Shown: positions 39,622 through 52,609 of the stretch, one piece after another
Position numbering within the stretch: position 1 is the first letter of the stretch
Layout: each line of letters begins with the position of its first letter
DNA from: the human T2T-CHM13v2.0 reference genome, Homo sapiens
Length of the DNA: 64,000 bases
NCBI RefSeq assembly: GCF_009914755.1
Contig: NC_060929.1
Direction: 5' to 3' (one strand)
The notes under the pieces: model-generated
What the model was told of the DNA's origin: nothing
Databases searched by the model: none
What the model saw: the letters and a program-made list of their open reading frames with translations, nothing else
Position numbers and translations under genes: made by a program

Positions 39622-42600
39622 CCTAGGCAGATTATCAAGACAAAGTCAACAAAGGAATAATGGACTTAAACTATACTGTAGCACAAATGGACGTAACAGA
39701 TGTTTACAGAAAATTCTTTCCACATAATGCAGAATTTACATGCTTCTTATCAGCACATGGAATATTATCTAAGGTAGACTGTATGATAAGCCACAAAACA
39801 CATCTCAGTAAACTTAAGAGAAAAAGCATATCAAACAGCTTCTCAGACCACAGTGGAATAAAACTGGAAATCAACTTCAAAAGGAACTCTTAAAACTAAC
39901 AAATACATGCAAATTAAATAATCTGATCTTGAATTATTTTGGGTTAACAAAGAAATTACGATGAAAGTTTTAAAATAATTTGAGATCAATGATAATATTG
40001 ACACAGGTTATCGAAACCTCTGGGATACAGCAAAAGCAGTGCTAAGAGGAAAGTTTATAGCATCAAAAAATCTGAAAGGGCACAAATTGATAAACTGTTA
40101 TACCTTAAAGAACCAGAGAAACAGAAACAAACTAAACTCAAAGCCAGCAGAATAAAAGAAATAATGATTAGAACAGAACTTAATCAAATTGAAGCAAAAA
40201 TACAAAACTTAAATAAAACAAAAAGTTGGTTATTTGAAAAGATAAACAAAATTGACAAACTATTAGTTTGATTAACCAAGAAAAGAAGACAGAAAATTCA
40301 AATAAGCTAAATTAGAAATGAAACTGGAGACATTACAACCAATACTGCAGAAATACAAAAGATCATTCAAGACTACTATAAACACCTTTACACACACAAA
40401 CTAGAAAACAGAGAGGAAATTGATAAATTCCTGGAAACATACAACCTTACTAGATTAAATCAGGAAGGAATATACACCCTTAACAAACAAATAACAAGCA
40501 GCAAAACTGAATCAGTAACTTAAAAAATGCCAACAAAAATAGCACAAGACCAGATGGATTCACGGTTGAATTCTGCCAGATATTCAAAGAAGAATTGGTA
40601 ACTATTCTACTGAAACTATCCCAAAAAACAGTTAAAACAAATCCTCTGCAAATCATTCTATGAAGCCAGTATCACCCTAATATCAAAACCAGAATTCACA
40701 ACTGAATTCTGCCAGATATTCAAAGAATAATTGGTAACTATTCTACTGAAACTATTCCAAAAGACAGAGTAAAAAACAAGTTCTCCCCAAATCATTCTAT
40801 GAAGCCAGTATCACCCTAATACCAAAACCAGGAAAGGAGATAACAAAAAAAGAAAACTACAGAACAATATCTCTGATGAACATAGATGCAAAAATCCTCA
40901 ACAACATACTAGCTAAATAATCCAACAACTCATCAAAAGGATAATACACCATGATCAAGTGGGTTCATCCTAGAGATGCAGGGATGGTTTAACACATGCA
41001 AGTCAATAAATATGATACATCACATAAACGGAATTAAAACAAAAACCACATGATCATCTCAATAGATGCAGGAAAAGCATTTGATAAAATCTAGCAGCCC
41101 TTTATGATAAAACCCCTCAAGAAACTAGGTAAAGAAGGGGCTTACCTCAAAATAATAAAAGTCATCTATGAAAAATTCACAGCCAAAATCATACTGAATG
41201 GGGAAAAGTTGATAGCATTCCCACTGAGAATTGGAAGAAGATAAGGATGCCCACTTTCAGCACTTCTATTTAACATAGTACTAGAAGTTGCAGCCACAGC
41301 AATCAGGCAAGAGAAAGAAATAAAGTGCAAAAAAATTGGGAAAGAGTAAGTCAAACTATCACTGTTTACTGACAATATGATTGTATAGCTAGAATATCCT
41401 AAGACTCATCCAAAAACTTCCTAGATTTGATAAAGGAAATCACTAAAGACTCAGGTTAAAAAATCAACCTATACACCAATAACAACCAAGCTGAGAAACA
41501 AGTTAATAACTCAATCTTTTTTGCAACAGCTGCAAAAAAAAAAAAAAAAAGAGAAATACCTAGGAATATAGAAATATACCTAACCAAGAAGGTGAGATAT
41601 CTCTTCAAGGAAAACTACAAAACACTGCTGAAAAAAAAATCATAGATTACACAAACAAATGGAAAAATAACCCCCTCTCATGGTCTCATGGATAGGAAGA
41701 ATCAATATTGTAAAAATGACTATACTTCCAAAAGCAATCTACACATTCAATGAAATTCTCATTAAAACATCATCATCATTTTTCATAGAACTAGAAAAAA
41801 CAGTCTTAAAATTTGTGTGGGAACAAAAAAGCACCCACATGGTCAAAGCAATTCTAAGCAAAAAGAACAAATCTGGAGGCATCACATTACCAGACTTCAA
41901 ATGGTACTACAAGGCTATAGTTAACTAAAACAGCATGGTACTGGTATAAAATCAGGCACTTAGTCCAACGGAACATAATAAAGAACCTAGCAATAAAGCC
42001 AAATACTTACAGCCAACTGCTCTTCAACAAAGTATACAAAAACATAAATTGTGGAAAGGACACCCTACTTTAGAAAATTATGCTGAAGAAAACCTGACAA
42101 GTCACTTGTAAAACAATGAAAGTGGATTCCTATCTCTTACCTTATACAAAAATCAACTGAAGATGGATCAAATAATTAAATCTAAGACCTGAAACCATAA
42201 AAAGTATAGAATATAACATCAGAAAAGCCTTTTTGGACATTGGCCAATGCAAAGAATTTATGACCAAGACTCCAAAAGCAAATGCAACAAAAACAAAAAT
42301 GAGTGAGACCTAATTAAACTAAAAAGCTTCTGCACAGCAAAAGAAATAATCAGTAGAATAAACAGACAACCCACAGAGTGGGAGAAAACATTTGCAAACT
42401 ATGCCTCTGACAAAGGACTAGTATCTGGAATCTGCAAGGAACTCAAACAGAACAGCAGGAAAAACTCAAATAATTTCATCAAAAAGTTGGCAAAAGATGT
42501 GAACAGACATTCCTCAAAAGAAGATATACAAACAGCTAACATACATATGAAAAAATGGTCAAAATCACTAATCATCAGGGAAGTGCAAATTAAAATTACA

Positions 42601-42646
42601 ATGAGATACCACCTTACTCCTGCAAGAATGGCCATATTTAAAAAAT
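39622..42646 (+). mobile_element. L1PB/L1MA-type ORF2 fragment, truncated at both ends
   Basis: Decayed ORF2 peptides: FSDHSGIKLEIN (endonuclease) in ORF 39660, [19 protein letters not shown]...GGITLPDFK in ORF 41680, [17 protein letters not shown] in ORF 42487. No 3' UTR or poly(A). Confidence 0.93.
40558..40831. repeat. About 136-bp tandem duplication within L1 ORF2
   Basis: attcac..tgaattctgccagatattcaaagaa...atcaccctaata.caaaaccag occurs at 40558-40693 and again at 40694-40831. Confidence 0.95.
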
Positions 42647-44113
42647 GTTATAAAACATATGTTACATGTTCTATAATTTGTAAATTATATTGTAAAACAC
42701 GTTATATGTTTACAATATAATGTTATATTTATAACATATAAACATGCATAATGTTTTATTATATATTTTAAAAAATAAAATTATGTATTTATATGTAATG
42801 TTCTATTAAACTGGACTCCATAAAAAAACTAGTGAGTATTCAAACTATATTCTTAATGAAGCTTTCTGACTCCAGAGACCAAGAGGACTATCAAAGGCAA
42901 ATAAAAGAGAGAAAGATAAAAAAGATCTTTTCATAGCAGATGTAAGATAAACTACAAAGTTATAATTGAACTGTGATTTTAGAAAAAGGCTAGAAATATA
43001 GGACATATAACATTGTAAAAAGACAAAATATATATTTATTATGTATGAAATTTTCTACATCAAGGGTGAGATCTCAAATTTGCACAGAAAACTTTAGTTA
43101 TGCATTCAGCTTTGCTTAGGAAGTTGACAATACATTCAGAAAAAGAATGTAGTTAGGCTCTCCTCTCACATCAGCCAATAAACTTCAGAAGAATTTTTTA
43201 AAAAAAGGATATAGAACTTATCAGAAACTCAAAGAATTTTTAAATATCGGTATTTTTAGCAGAATTTTTAAATAAATTTTAAGAGAAACTATTTTGTTTG
43301 ATTATTTTGAATAATTGTAAATGCAACCTTTACTCTTCTAAATATTTTAGTAATATATTTATATCACAAAATTAAATATCTGGAGGATCAGTTTCTAGAA
43401 TTGTTTCAGAAGCCAATTTCAGAAAATCCCTGATTTTGTGGCACTTCCTCACACCTCCTGCATCATGGTTGCTAGTTGTAGCTATCACATTCTTATTTAA
43501 AGCAACATTAAAATTTTGAAGCTACATGGTTGCTCCACTTTTCAAATGGATGCAGAAAGAGAAAGCAGTTGATCATGATTAGGGTAAGCAATTAGCAAGA
43601 TCAAACTCATTAGGGAGACACAAACCTTAACATTGTAATGCAAATATAGATAACACACAGTGAACTGAGTTAAAAATCACTGAATGATAAAATAGAAAAA
43701 TACACACCGAATATTTAAAAGAAAAATTAGAAATAAACAAAACTTGTAAAAAATTTCATAAACCCAGGAATATAGACAACAATAAATAAAAGCGATTTCC
43801 AAAATCTGTAAAGAAAAATTGTTATAAATTCTCATAAAAAATAAAAAGCTTGCAATCCTTGGTAAACAGAAAGTTACAACTTAAACTGGGATTAAAATCT
43901 TCACATTTTTTTCATAAGTGTGGCAAAAAATAAAACAGTTCTGATATAAAGTGCAAGAAAATGGCATTTTTATTACATGATTCATCTGGGACTGCACAGT
44001 GGTAAAAAATTGTGAAAACATTTTATATGACTTTTTAAAAATCTTAAAATTGTAATTGATTTTTCTCTTCCATCTCTCAATTCCTTGTAGAAATTGGAGA
44101 AATCTATGGTAGG

Positions 44114-44370
44114 AATAATAATAATAGCTAATATTTATTAAGCATTTAATCTGAACCAGAACTATTCTGAGGAATCTGCTTATACAAATTATTTGATTTC
44201 CAAAACTATACCATGAAATAATTCCTAACATTGCCTCATTTTGTGAATGAGGAAATGGCAGACATGTTAAAGCAGCTTACCTATGTTCACAGAGTTTACC
44301 AATGGCAAATAGTTCTGATTCAGAGGATCCAGGCTGCAGATTCCAAGATCTTCACCATTTCATTACTCTG
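44114..44370 (-). mobile_element. MIR (near full length)
   Basis: aataatagctaatatttattaagcatt ... cattttgtgaatgaggaaa ... matches MIR in reverse orientation. Confidence 0.7.
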
Positions 44371-46574
44371 TCCCTTTAATGTAAGAAAGATGTGCTAATA
44401 ATGGTGTACATGCGAGAATATCATTTTGTATACATCCATACATATCTTTTTAAATAAAAAGTTGCAAACAACTTTTTTGTCTACTAAGGGAAGAATGATT
44501 ACTGTTAACTTTCTTGTAGAAAATAATGGAGTTATTTTAAAGTATTAGCTAAATGAAAACCAAGAGAATAAAGGGTAAATACATAAATATTAAACGTAAA
44601 AACAAAATCACACAAGCATGCACACACGTACAGGGGAAATGAATTCATAAAATTTGGGAGCAATTTCCTTTAGAGAAAAACTAAAAGTGGTAAGATTTTC
44701 ATGTTTTTGTCATTGTAATTTCATAATTTATAAAGAATTAATAGAAATTTTTAAATATAGCATTTACTGTTATAATGTTAACGAACCACCACAAGATACT
44801 GAGATGCAACTTCTTAAATATTGGGGAAAATGGGAAGAAGGCTAAGAAGTGAGAGGAAAGGAGCAGTAGCAATTGTAGTTGCTTCATATAATTATATTAT
44901 TTATTCTTAAGCATGCATGTGCATTGTTTTTTATAGTATTAAAAATACCATTTGCACAGCAACGTGAAAGTATGTCACTGAACTTTACACTTAAAATAGT
45001 CAAATTACAAATTTTCGTGTGTGTATTCACTACAATTTTTTACAAAAATAAAACCAGTAAAAGCATGGTTAAAATAGTCTTGTTTTAATTAGATTTTTCC
45101 AACCATCTATCTGCATATGTGCATCAGAGCAGTCTAGAAAAAATGTTATTTAATTTTTTCTGAATTACTTATGAGCATTATGATTTTGGATATTATTTTC
45201 ACATTTTGTTAGGTTGTGTTTGTCTTTCTTCTTTATGCTTTTCTATGTTCTTTGAAAAGTTTATGATGAGCATATATAATTTTGAAAATAAACTATTCGA
45301 ACATTAACAAAAAAAGTAAATGAATTATCCCAAATGCTAACCTAAAAAAAATAGACCAAGTGCAAAAATAAAATAATTCTCAAAAAAAGAAAAATATATT
45401 TTAAATGTTGCTTTTTTTGTTCATGGCATTATTTCTAAACCTAGAATGAGTTTTTTTTTTCTCCTCCCAGATAATTGAAGATAAAAGATGCCAAATTCCT
45501 AAAGCTTTGGATGTGGAAGCCAAATGTTCAATATAGTTTCAATTCATTTTCTTGATTGAATTAAATTTGGCCAAATACCTTCATCATAAAATCTCCTCAG
45601 TTTTGTAATTTTTCCTTTCCATTTCTATGATTCAGGCTGAGTATTTTTTTCTATCTTTGGTAGTCCAACAGGTATCTAACCATCTGCCGGCAGAAAAAAA
45701 AAATATGCCACTGACGATGAAACTTAAATGGCACTTTGTTGCTTTCAGTCTAAAACCTAAAGTGTTCTTTTTATCAGATTCATTATAATATTGGCTTTTC
45801 ACATTTTTAAGACATATTTTGATGCATTCTCAAAATGTCCATTTCACTCCAGCCAATATCGATTGCTTTTGAAATATTCTTCAGACACATGATAATTCAA
45901 TTACATTTTTTTTGTCCCTAAACCACAGTTTACCTCTCTCTCACCTTCCATTTTCCTTCTGTCCCAATTAGGAAGACTATGGTGAACATTAAAATTTAAA
46001 TAAGGTCTTCTCTGCCTGCAATGAAAATAGTTCTTCCTTCTTTATGCATATCCTTTGATTGTATGTTTTCACCAGAGTAGTGTTTAATACAGGGTCTGCT
46101 TATATACTCATCTTTTATTTACTATCTACTCTGTCCTTTAGTTCCCTAAGGAGAATACAATCTGAGAGCAAAGGTTGTGATGTATACTTACTTATTTTTC
46201 ACGACAGATAGTATAGTGTTTGATATAGGATTCATTACTTCAATTTTTTTTTTCTTTTCTTTTATTCTTCCTTCTTGGACTTCAGGTTCTTGTGTGCTAT
46301 TACACAGTAGGGTGACTACAACTAATAATACTTCTTTTTAATGTGAATCACCTCTAATTTACTTTTGGTGTACATTAATTCCATCTACTTCAGGAGCTAA
46401 ATTGAAATCAGCTTTTGCCATTAAGATACCTGTTCTCAATTTAAGTCTCACAAATATTAGTAAAAGAAAAGAAAAAACAATAATCTACAGTTTCAGATAA
46501 AGTGCAACTGGAGAAAAAAATTAAATGCTGTTAAATCAAAAAGGTGAGTTGGTATGTTTATTAAAAATAAAAGA

Positions 46575-46885
46575 TGTCAGGCACAGTGGCCCACGCCTGT
46601 AATCCCAACATTTTCAGAGGCCTAGGTGAGAGGATTGCGTGAGCCCAAGAGTTAGAGACCAGGCTGGGCAGTACAGCAATAACTCTTCTCCACAAAAAAT
46701 AAAAAAAAATTAAGCAGCCATGGTGGCACACACTGGTAGTTCCAGCTACTCAGGAGACTGAGGAAGGAGGATCACTTGAGTTCAGAAGTTGAAGACTGCA
46801 GTGAGCTATGATAATTCCAATGCACTCCAGCCCGGGAGGTATAGCAATACCCCCATCCCTAAAAAAAATATTAATTAAATAAACA
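46575..46885 (+). mobile_element. AluJ
   Basis: J-type features (gaggattgcgtgagccc, ggaggatcacttgag, gtgagctatgat), heavily diverged. Confidence 0.9.
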
Positions 46886-46917
46886 AAAGAGTAGAGGAGA
46901 AAATTTTCTTTTACTGC

Positions 46918-47280
46918 CACACAACAAATATTATTGAACATCTACCATATCCTGGGGAGTCTATTAGATGCTAGAGATACCAGGTACAACAGGTTAAGCA
47001 TGACCCCGAGTACACCTGTGTAGAGCTTACTATAAAGTGGAGGGCTCTATGGGCAATTGCCCTGAAGTGCGACTAGTGCTATCTAACAGTAAGTACAAGA
47101 TGTTATGAAAGCAAAGAGGGTGTTTCCCAGAGAAACTGTGATTTAAGTCAATAGTTTTGAGCATCCACCAAATAGAGGGAATGTGAAAAGTGAAGGGAAA
47201 TTTTAGGTAGTTTTAGATGATTGCAAGATAAATTGATTGAAGAGAGAGTGAGGTGATGGCAAGAGATTGGGCTCTCCTCT
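46918..47280 (-). mobile_element. L2 3' fragment
   Basis: caacaaatattattgaacatctac...ctagagatac...gagcttac resembles the L2 3' end in reverse orientation. Confidence 0.6.
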
Positions 47281-47578
47281 CAGAATTCTATGAAAACTAT
47301 ATCTGTCTGCCACTACTGTAGCCCATGGCATCATGATCTCTTCCATACATCTATGAGATATCCCATAAATCTATGGGATAAAATATTTATGTATTTTATC
47401 CATATATATATATATATGGGTAATAGTTTATTTCTAAAAGTAGTCCAGTATTTTTACTTAAATTATGAAAGCCAATTTGGGCCCTGTCTCCCTATGTTAT
47501 ATCTTTCCATTTACTATACATATTGTGTGGAAGCCATAGTAATCTTTCAACTTCCAAAATCAATGGGGTCTTTCTCTT

Positions 47579-47684
47579 ATTTTTTATTATTTATTTATTT
47601 ATGTTTATTTAATTATTAATATTTTGAGACAGAGTCTTGGTCTGTTGCCCAGGCTGGAGTACAGTGGCACAATCTCAGCTCACT
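47579..47684 (-). mobile_element. Severely 5'-truncated Alu (end of right arm plus (TTTA)n tail)
   Basis: ttttgagacagagtct...tctcagctcact, flanked by a 19-bp degenerate TSD at 47560-47578 and 47685-47703. Confidence 0.88.
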
Positions 47685-48016
47685 TCAATGAGGCCCTTCT
47701 CTTCTAAGAGACTTCATATTTACTTTTTCTGCATCCCAAATCCCTCTTCTGTCTTCATGTCTTTGCTGACATCTATTCATCCTTTTATTCTAAGCTTCAA
47801 TACTGTACTCATAATAGTCTATTGCATGGTGACCCAATGTAATGTACCTTATTTTGTTCATTGCCACATGATTATCATACAGAATAATGGCTGGCATATG
47901 TAGTAGGTACTCAATAAATACTTGTCGAAGTGGATGCCCGAAGGAAAGCTAGATAATGCTAAATGGCTAACTAAGAAATGCAGGACTGTAAACTTACTTG
48001 GCTGACTCTTGTGAGT

Positions 48017-48358
48017 TGATATGGTTTGTCTGTGTCCCCACCCAAATCTCATCTTGGATTGTAACTCTCACAATTCCCACGTGTCATGGGAAAAACCAGG
48101 GGCAGGTCTTTCCCATGCTGTTCTCATGATAGTGAGTAAGTCTCATGAGATCTGATGTTTTTTTTAAAATGGGAGTTTCCCTGCACAAGCTTTCTCTCTT
48201 TGCCTGCTGCCATCCACGTAAGATGTGACTTGCTCCTCCTTCCTTCTGCCATGATTGTGAGGCCTTCCCAGCCACGTGGAACTATAAGTCCATTAAGTGT
48301 CTTTTTCTTCCCAGTCTCGGGTATGTTTGTATCAGCAGTGTGAAAATGGACTAATACA
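48017..48358 (+). mobile_element. THE1A-like MaLR solo LTR
   Basis: tgatatggtttg...ggactaataca with perfect TSD TGAGT (48012-48016, 48359-48363); short internal deletion near 48090. Confidence 0.93.
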
Positions 48359-48659
48359 TGAGTGGATTGGAGAATCTTAAACTAAAACAGAGGAAAGTAA
48401 CTGGGAGACAGGGTAATTTCACTGAGTGAGAAAGTGATACTGGTAGTAAAGTTCAACAAAATGGAAAATGGTGGGAAAGTATATGGCTTGAACATATATT
48501 CTAGACATATAAATAATTGTACCTTTAAAACAATTTGTTCTGAATAAGTGAGTCAAAACATGAGAGTCATGTAGATTTTCAATCTTTTGCCTTAAAAACA
48601 TGGCAGATTGTGTCATTTTTTGAGAAAAGACACATATACACACAAAACAAACCAATGTT

Positions 48660-49560
48660 AAAGAAAGATACTGTGAACAACTCTATTTTAGGTACTTGCT
48701 GGATATTTACATGAAATGTCCAGATAACAGTGATGTGTGAGGATATGCAGCTCAGAAGAACAATGTACATCGGAGAGATGGGGCTGACAGTCATCTTTTG
48801 CTATGGTTGGTAACTGGAAGCATGGTGTTGGATGAGCTCTCTTGTAAAACAAATCCTAGGAGAAAGAAAATAAGGGTCCCCAAACGGTTAAATATGAAAA
48901 AGAAAGAAAGGAGAGACAGCCAAGGAGACCAGAACTGACTTTTGATCAAACTAGGAATATTTGATATCATGAGCTGCTGCAAGGGATGAGAATGCTTGAA
49001 GTCTGAGGACATGGTAAACAGACTCTAGTAATGTACAGTGCTAAGTTGGATCAAATGTTCATTCAATTTTTCACCAGGATAATTGGCAAGACATTTTTAG
49101 GTTATTTTAGGGGAAGTGGCTAAAACGTGCTGTGTTGAAGAGTAAGCAGAATTAGGGAGCAATAGAATAAAGACAAGTTTTTCAATAAGTCTACCTATAA
49201 GAAAGAACAGAGAAAAATGAATAGTAGAAAGAAAGGACTCTATGTTCAATGTATTTTTGAGGAGGAAAAGACTTGTGTAGTGTATTAAATTTTTATGGGA
49301 AGAATCTAATTAGGAAGGAGAGGTAGAAGAAAGTTGATAATACAAAAGGGACATCCCACTGCTGAAGAAACAGGAATATATGAAAAACATAACCCAGCTG
49401 GAGAGATTAGGTTTAGAAACTAGAGAGAGAGAGAGGATTCAGGAAAATGCGTAAGTTTGGTGGAAAAAAAATGCTTCCATTTATATCTAGTGTCTTATTT
49501 TCTCTGAGAAGTGAACATTAATGTCACCATCTGAGAATGAGACAATTGTCGGGTTGATCA
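48660..49560 (-). mobile_element. L2 internal fragment
   Basis: Degenerate match (atgaaatgtccagataacag...ggatatgcagctcagaaga...gagtagt-like purine-rich L2 text). Confidence 0.5.
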
Positions 49561-51482
49561 AAGATGATGGAAGACTGAAGTTTTGAAATGGCTATATGTT
49601 ACTACAGTAGCTGAGTGGAATTGTTAAATTGATTTTTTAAATCTTCAATGTATTTAGTTAGTTATGATTATATTGCCATCAACATCAAAATGTTTCAAAT
49701 GTTTCTATTGTGTAAATGTACATAAACTCAAGTAATTGCATAATGCAGAATGAAATGGGTAGTACCATTACACATTCCTCGTATTCTTTATATCTATATG
49801 AAAAATCTAGTGGGATAGTGTAAAACAGCAATTCTCAAGTGGGAATGGCTACTTACAATAGAAAGAGGCAGCCTGCTGTATTCAGATGACCAGTTTTGAA
49901 GAAGCAGATTTTTGCACTGCGATGAAGCTGATGTGTACACTTAAATAAACACTGTCAGGTAAAATTGAGTTGCCCAGCTTCTTCCCTATCCATTTTAACA
50001 CTCATATAACTACTTTTTTATAAATTTAAAGGCATATATTAAAACTATTGTCTTAAATATTTCCAGATTACATTAATATTGCAGTGATGTTTTAATACAT
50101 TCCTTAAAAGAGAATTTAATATCTTCAATTTTGAAATAAAAGAGATTTTGAAAACAAACTTTGTACTTTTGCCTGTAAAATTCCCTGCTGGGTCAATATG
50201 GTCAGAGAGCTGTTATTGTTAGAGATCTATTCTTATCTAAATGAATAAATGAGAAATTATTGCATTCAAAGACAGTGGCATCATTACAGAATACAAAAAT
50301 TAGCAAATAAATCCCAAACTCTTCAATATCAGCTTTTTATAGTTGGTACAAGAAACTCTGATGGGAATAAAATACATCAAAGTGTGTTGTATTGCTTTTG
50401 TTATTATGTTTCTATATCAACCTCCAGAGAAAGTATTATTATTAATAGTAGTTATTGCTATTGAAACTATATTGCCTTTCCAATAAAATATAATCCAGAA
50501 GTTTTGAACTTTTTAAAACTAGCCAGGAACAGACGTAATAATAGCAAAGTTACCTATGGTTTCCTATCCAAAAATCATAAAAGTAATTACAGGGGTTACT
50601 GCCCGTGTTAAATTCCCCAGATGATTTTACTGAATAATATTTTTCTTTGCTTTCCCATAGCGCAGAATGGTTTTACTTTTATCCAGTTTATAAGGAGGTA
50701 TGAATTAGCCTTTGCTTTTAACAGACCAGGACCAATTTCTTGAAACATTTTGAAGGGTAGGAGTCTCTGTGGACACAGATAATGGTTTACAGTATATGCT
50801 TTCATGATTATTTGAAAGTATACACTCAAATTTGCTCAACAGTTCGATTATACCCAAAAGACACTGTTGAGCAGACAAAATATTTTATTTACAATTATAT
50901 TAGTGAGTTTCAGCTGAAATATATAGATATATATTAGCTTCATGATTCAAGATTTTGTAAAGTTGATGGTTTTTCAGTTTTTGCATAGCTTGTCTACTGT
51001 AGTCATCAGTTCGGGTCTACTTGGGGTTGGATATGTATTCATGCCCTTGAATCAGGTTATTCTAAGCCACGACTCAAAATTGTCTTAGTAAAATTTAATC
51101 ACTCAGTTTTATGAATGTAGGTAGACCTCCTTTCTATATGCTCTGAAAAATGCCTGCTATTGTTTGATTTCCCATTTCAGATCTTTTTCTATGTGTAGGA
51201 GGAATACATTAAGTCTATTTCTTTCTTCTCAGCATATGCTCTGTAATATAAGGTAAGAAAAAACAGACTCTCAAAATCTTTTTCAAGAAAGAATGTTTCA
51301 CCGATTAGAACTGAACATATAAATAATTCCTCTTAGTATAAAACTAGAGATATGAGGACACTTCATGGAATAAAAGGGTGAATTTCTTTCTTCACAGTAG
51401 TTTAACCAAAAGGAACCAAGAACTGGAATGCGGGTTTGGAAGGAACACTTATTAGTGTATAAAGCAACAGAGTCAGATAATT

Positions 51483-51721
51483 AGGTCAGGAGTTTGAGAC
51501 CAGCCTAGCTGACATGGTAAAACCCTGTCTCTACCAAATATACAAAAATTAGCTGGGCATGGTGGCAGGTGCCTGTAATCCCAGCTACTCAGGAGGCTGA
51601 GGCAGGAGAATCACTTGAACCTGGGAGGTGGAGGTTGCAGGGAGCTGAGATCACGCCATTTCCCTGTAGCCTGGGAGACAAGGGGGAAACTCCATCTCAA
51701 AAAATAAATAAATAAATAAAT
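51483..51721 (+). mobile_element. AluS, 5' part missing
   Basis: Starts at aggtcaggagtttgagacc and ends in a (TAAA)n tail; no TSD seen. Confidence 0.92.
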
Positions 51722-51822
51722 ATTTTTAAAATTTGTAACTGTATTTTACTGATTTGCATTTTCTAATATTTATAATATTTTAGTAATGTAGAACAACATT
51801 TACAATTAAATTTGCAAGGTGT

Positions 51823-51829
51823 ATATATA

Positions 51830-51878
<49 letters not shown>
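51823..51878. repeat. (TA)n/(TG)n microsatellite
   Basis: Directly visible. Confidence 0.95.
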
Positions 51879-51882
<4 letters not shown>

Positions 51883-52021
51883 GACTTCACAGAACTTACA
51901 ATCTATTCAGTCTACCGGGAGGAAAAGAGATTTTTTTAAAATGCTAGAATATATTTTACATGCTACATGAGGGAACAACGGGGATTAAATGTGAGGGAAC
52001 ATCTAGACATCTGCATAGTAG

Positions 52022-52097
52022 ATTTTTAGGCATGTTTCCCAGTTTATAACTTTCATTTGTTGATGAAAGTTATAAACTGGGAAACATGCCTAAAAAT
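52022..52097. repeat. Perfect inverted repeat, 35-bp arms, 6-nt spacer
   Basis: ATTTTTAGGCATGTTTCCCAGTTTATAACTTTCAT (52022-52056), spacer TTGTTG, then the exact reverse complement (52063-52097). Confidence 0.98.
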
Positions 52098-52099
52098 TA

Positions 52100-52345
52100 T
52101 TTAAAATTTAAAATAAGTTGTCAACATTTTAGAATTGATATTTAAGAGGCAAGTCTGCATTTCTAGACTTTTTTGAAAAGCTGGAAGATGTGACAATATT
52201 TGACAAATATTCATGTGACATTGGCCTACTGGGTCTGAGAGCAGTCACCCCTTTTAGACAAGGGATGCATTAGCCTGGATCTATATGTCTAACCATCCTA
52301 TCCTGTATTTACATATTGACACTGAGGTTAACAGTTGATATTTTC
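52100..52345 (+). mobile_element. MER102-like hAT-Charlie relic
   Basis: agttgtcaacatttt...ttgaaaagctggaagatgtgacaa...ccccttttagaca...gacactgagg resembles the remembered MER102 consensus. Confidence 0.65.
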
Positions 52346-52362
52346 AGTTAATATCCAAGTAG

Positions 52363-52366
<4 letters not shown>

Positions 52367-52406
<40 letters not shown>

Positions 52407-52431
52407 CATACGTATTATGTATATATATATA
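52367..52431. repeat. (TA)n microsatellite (interrupted)
   Basis: Directly visible. Confidence 0.9.
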
Positions 52432-52609
52432 TCTCACATGGAAAGATGAATAATAACTAAAGTAATATTATTAGTTTTCTTAAATACAAAGCCCTTGTAA
52501 GTATGTGTAATCCTTTCTAGGTCAAATGATTTAAGAGTTTCTAAAAGTAATGACATATAAACTGAAATCTGAAAGATGAACAAGGAAGTAATGAGGGAAA
52601 GTTTAGAAG

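Noticed and set aside
32851-52097. Equal 35-bp arm length of the two hairpins as evidence of one element family
   Set aside because: The arms share no sequence similarity, no TSDs are evident, and one is a copy of adjacent L1; equal length may be coincidence.
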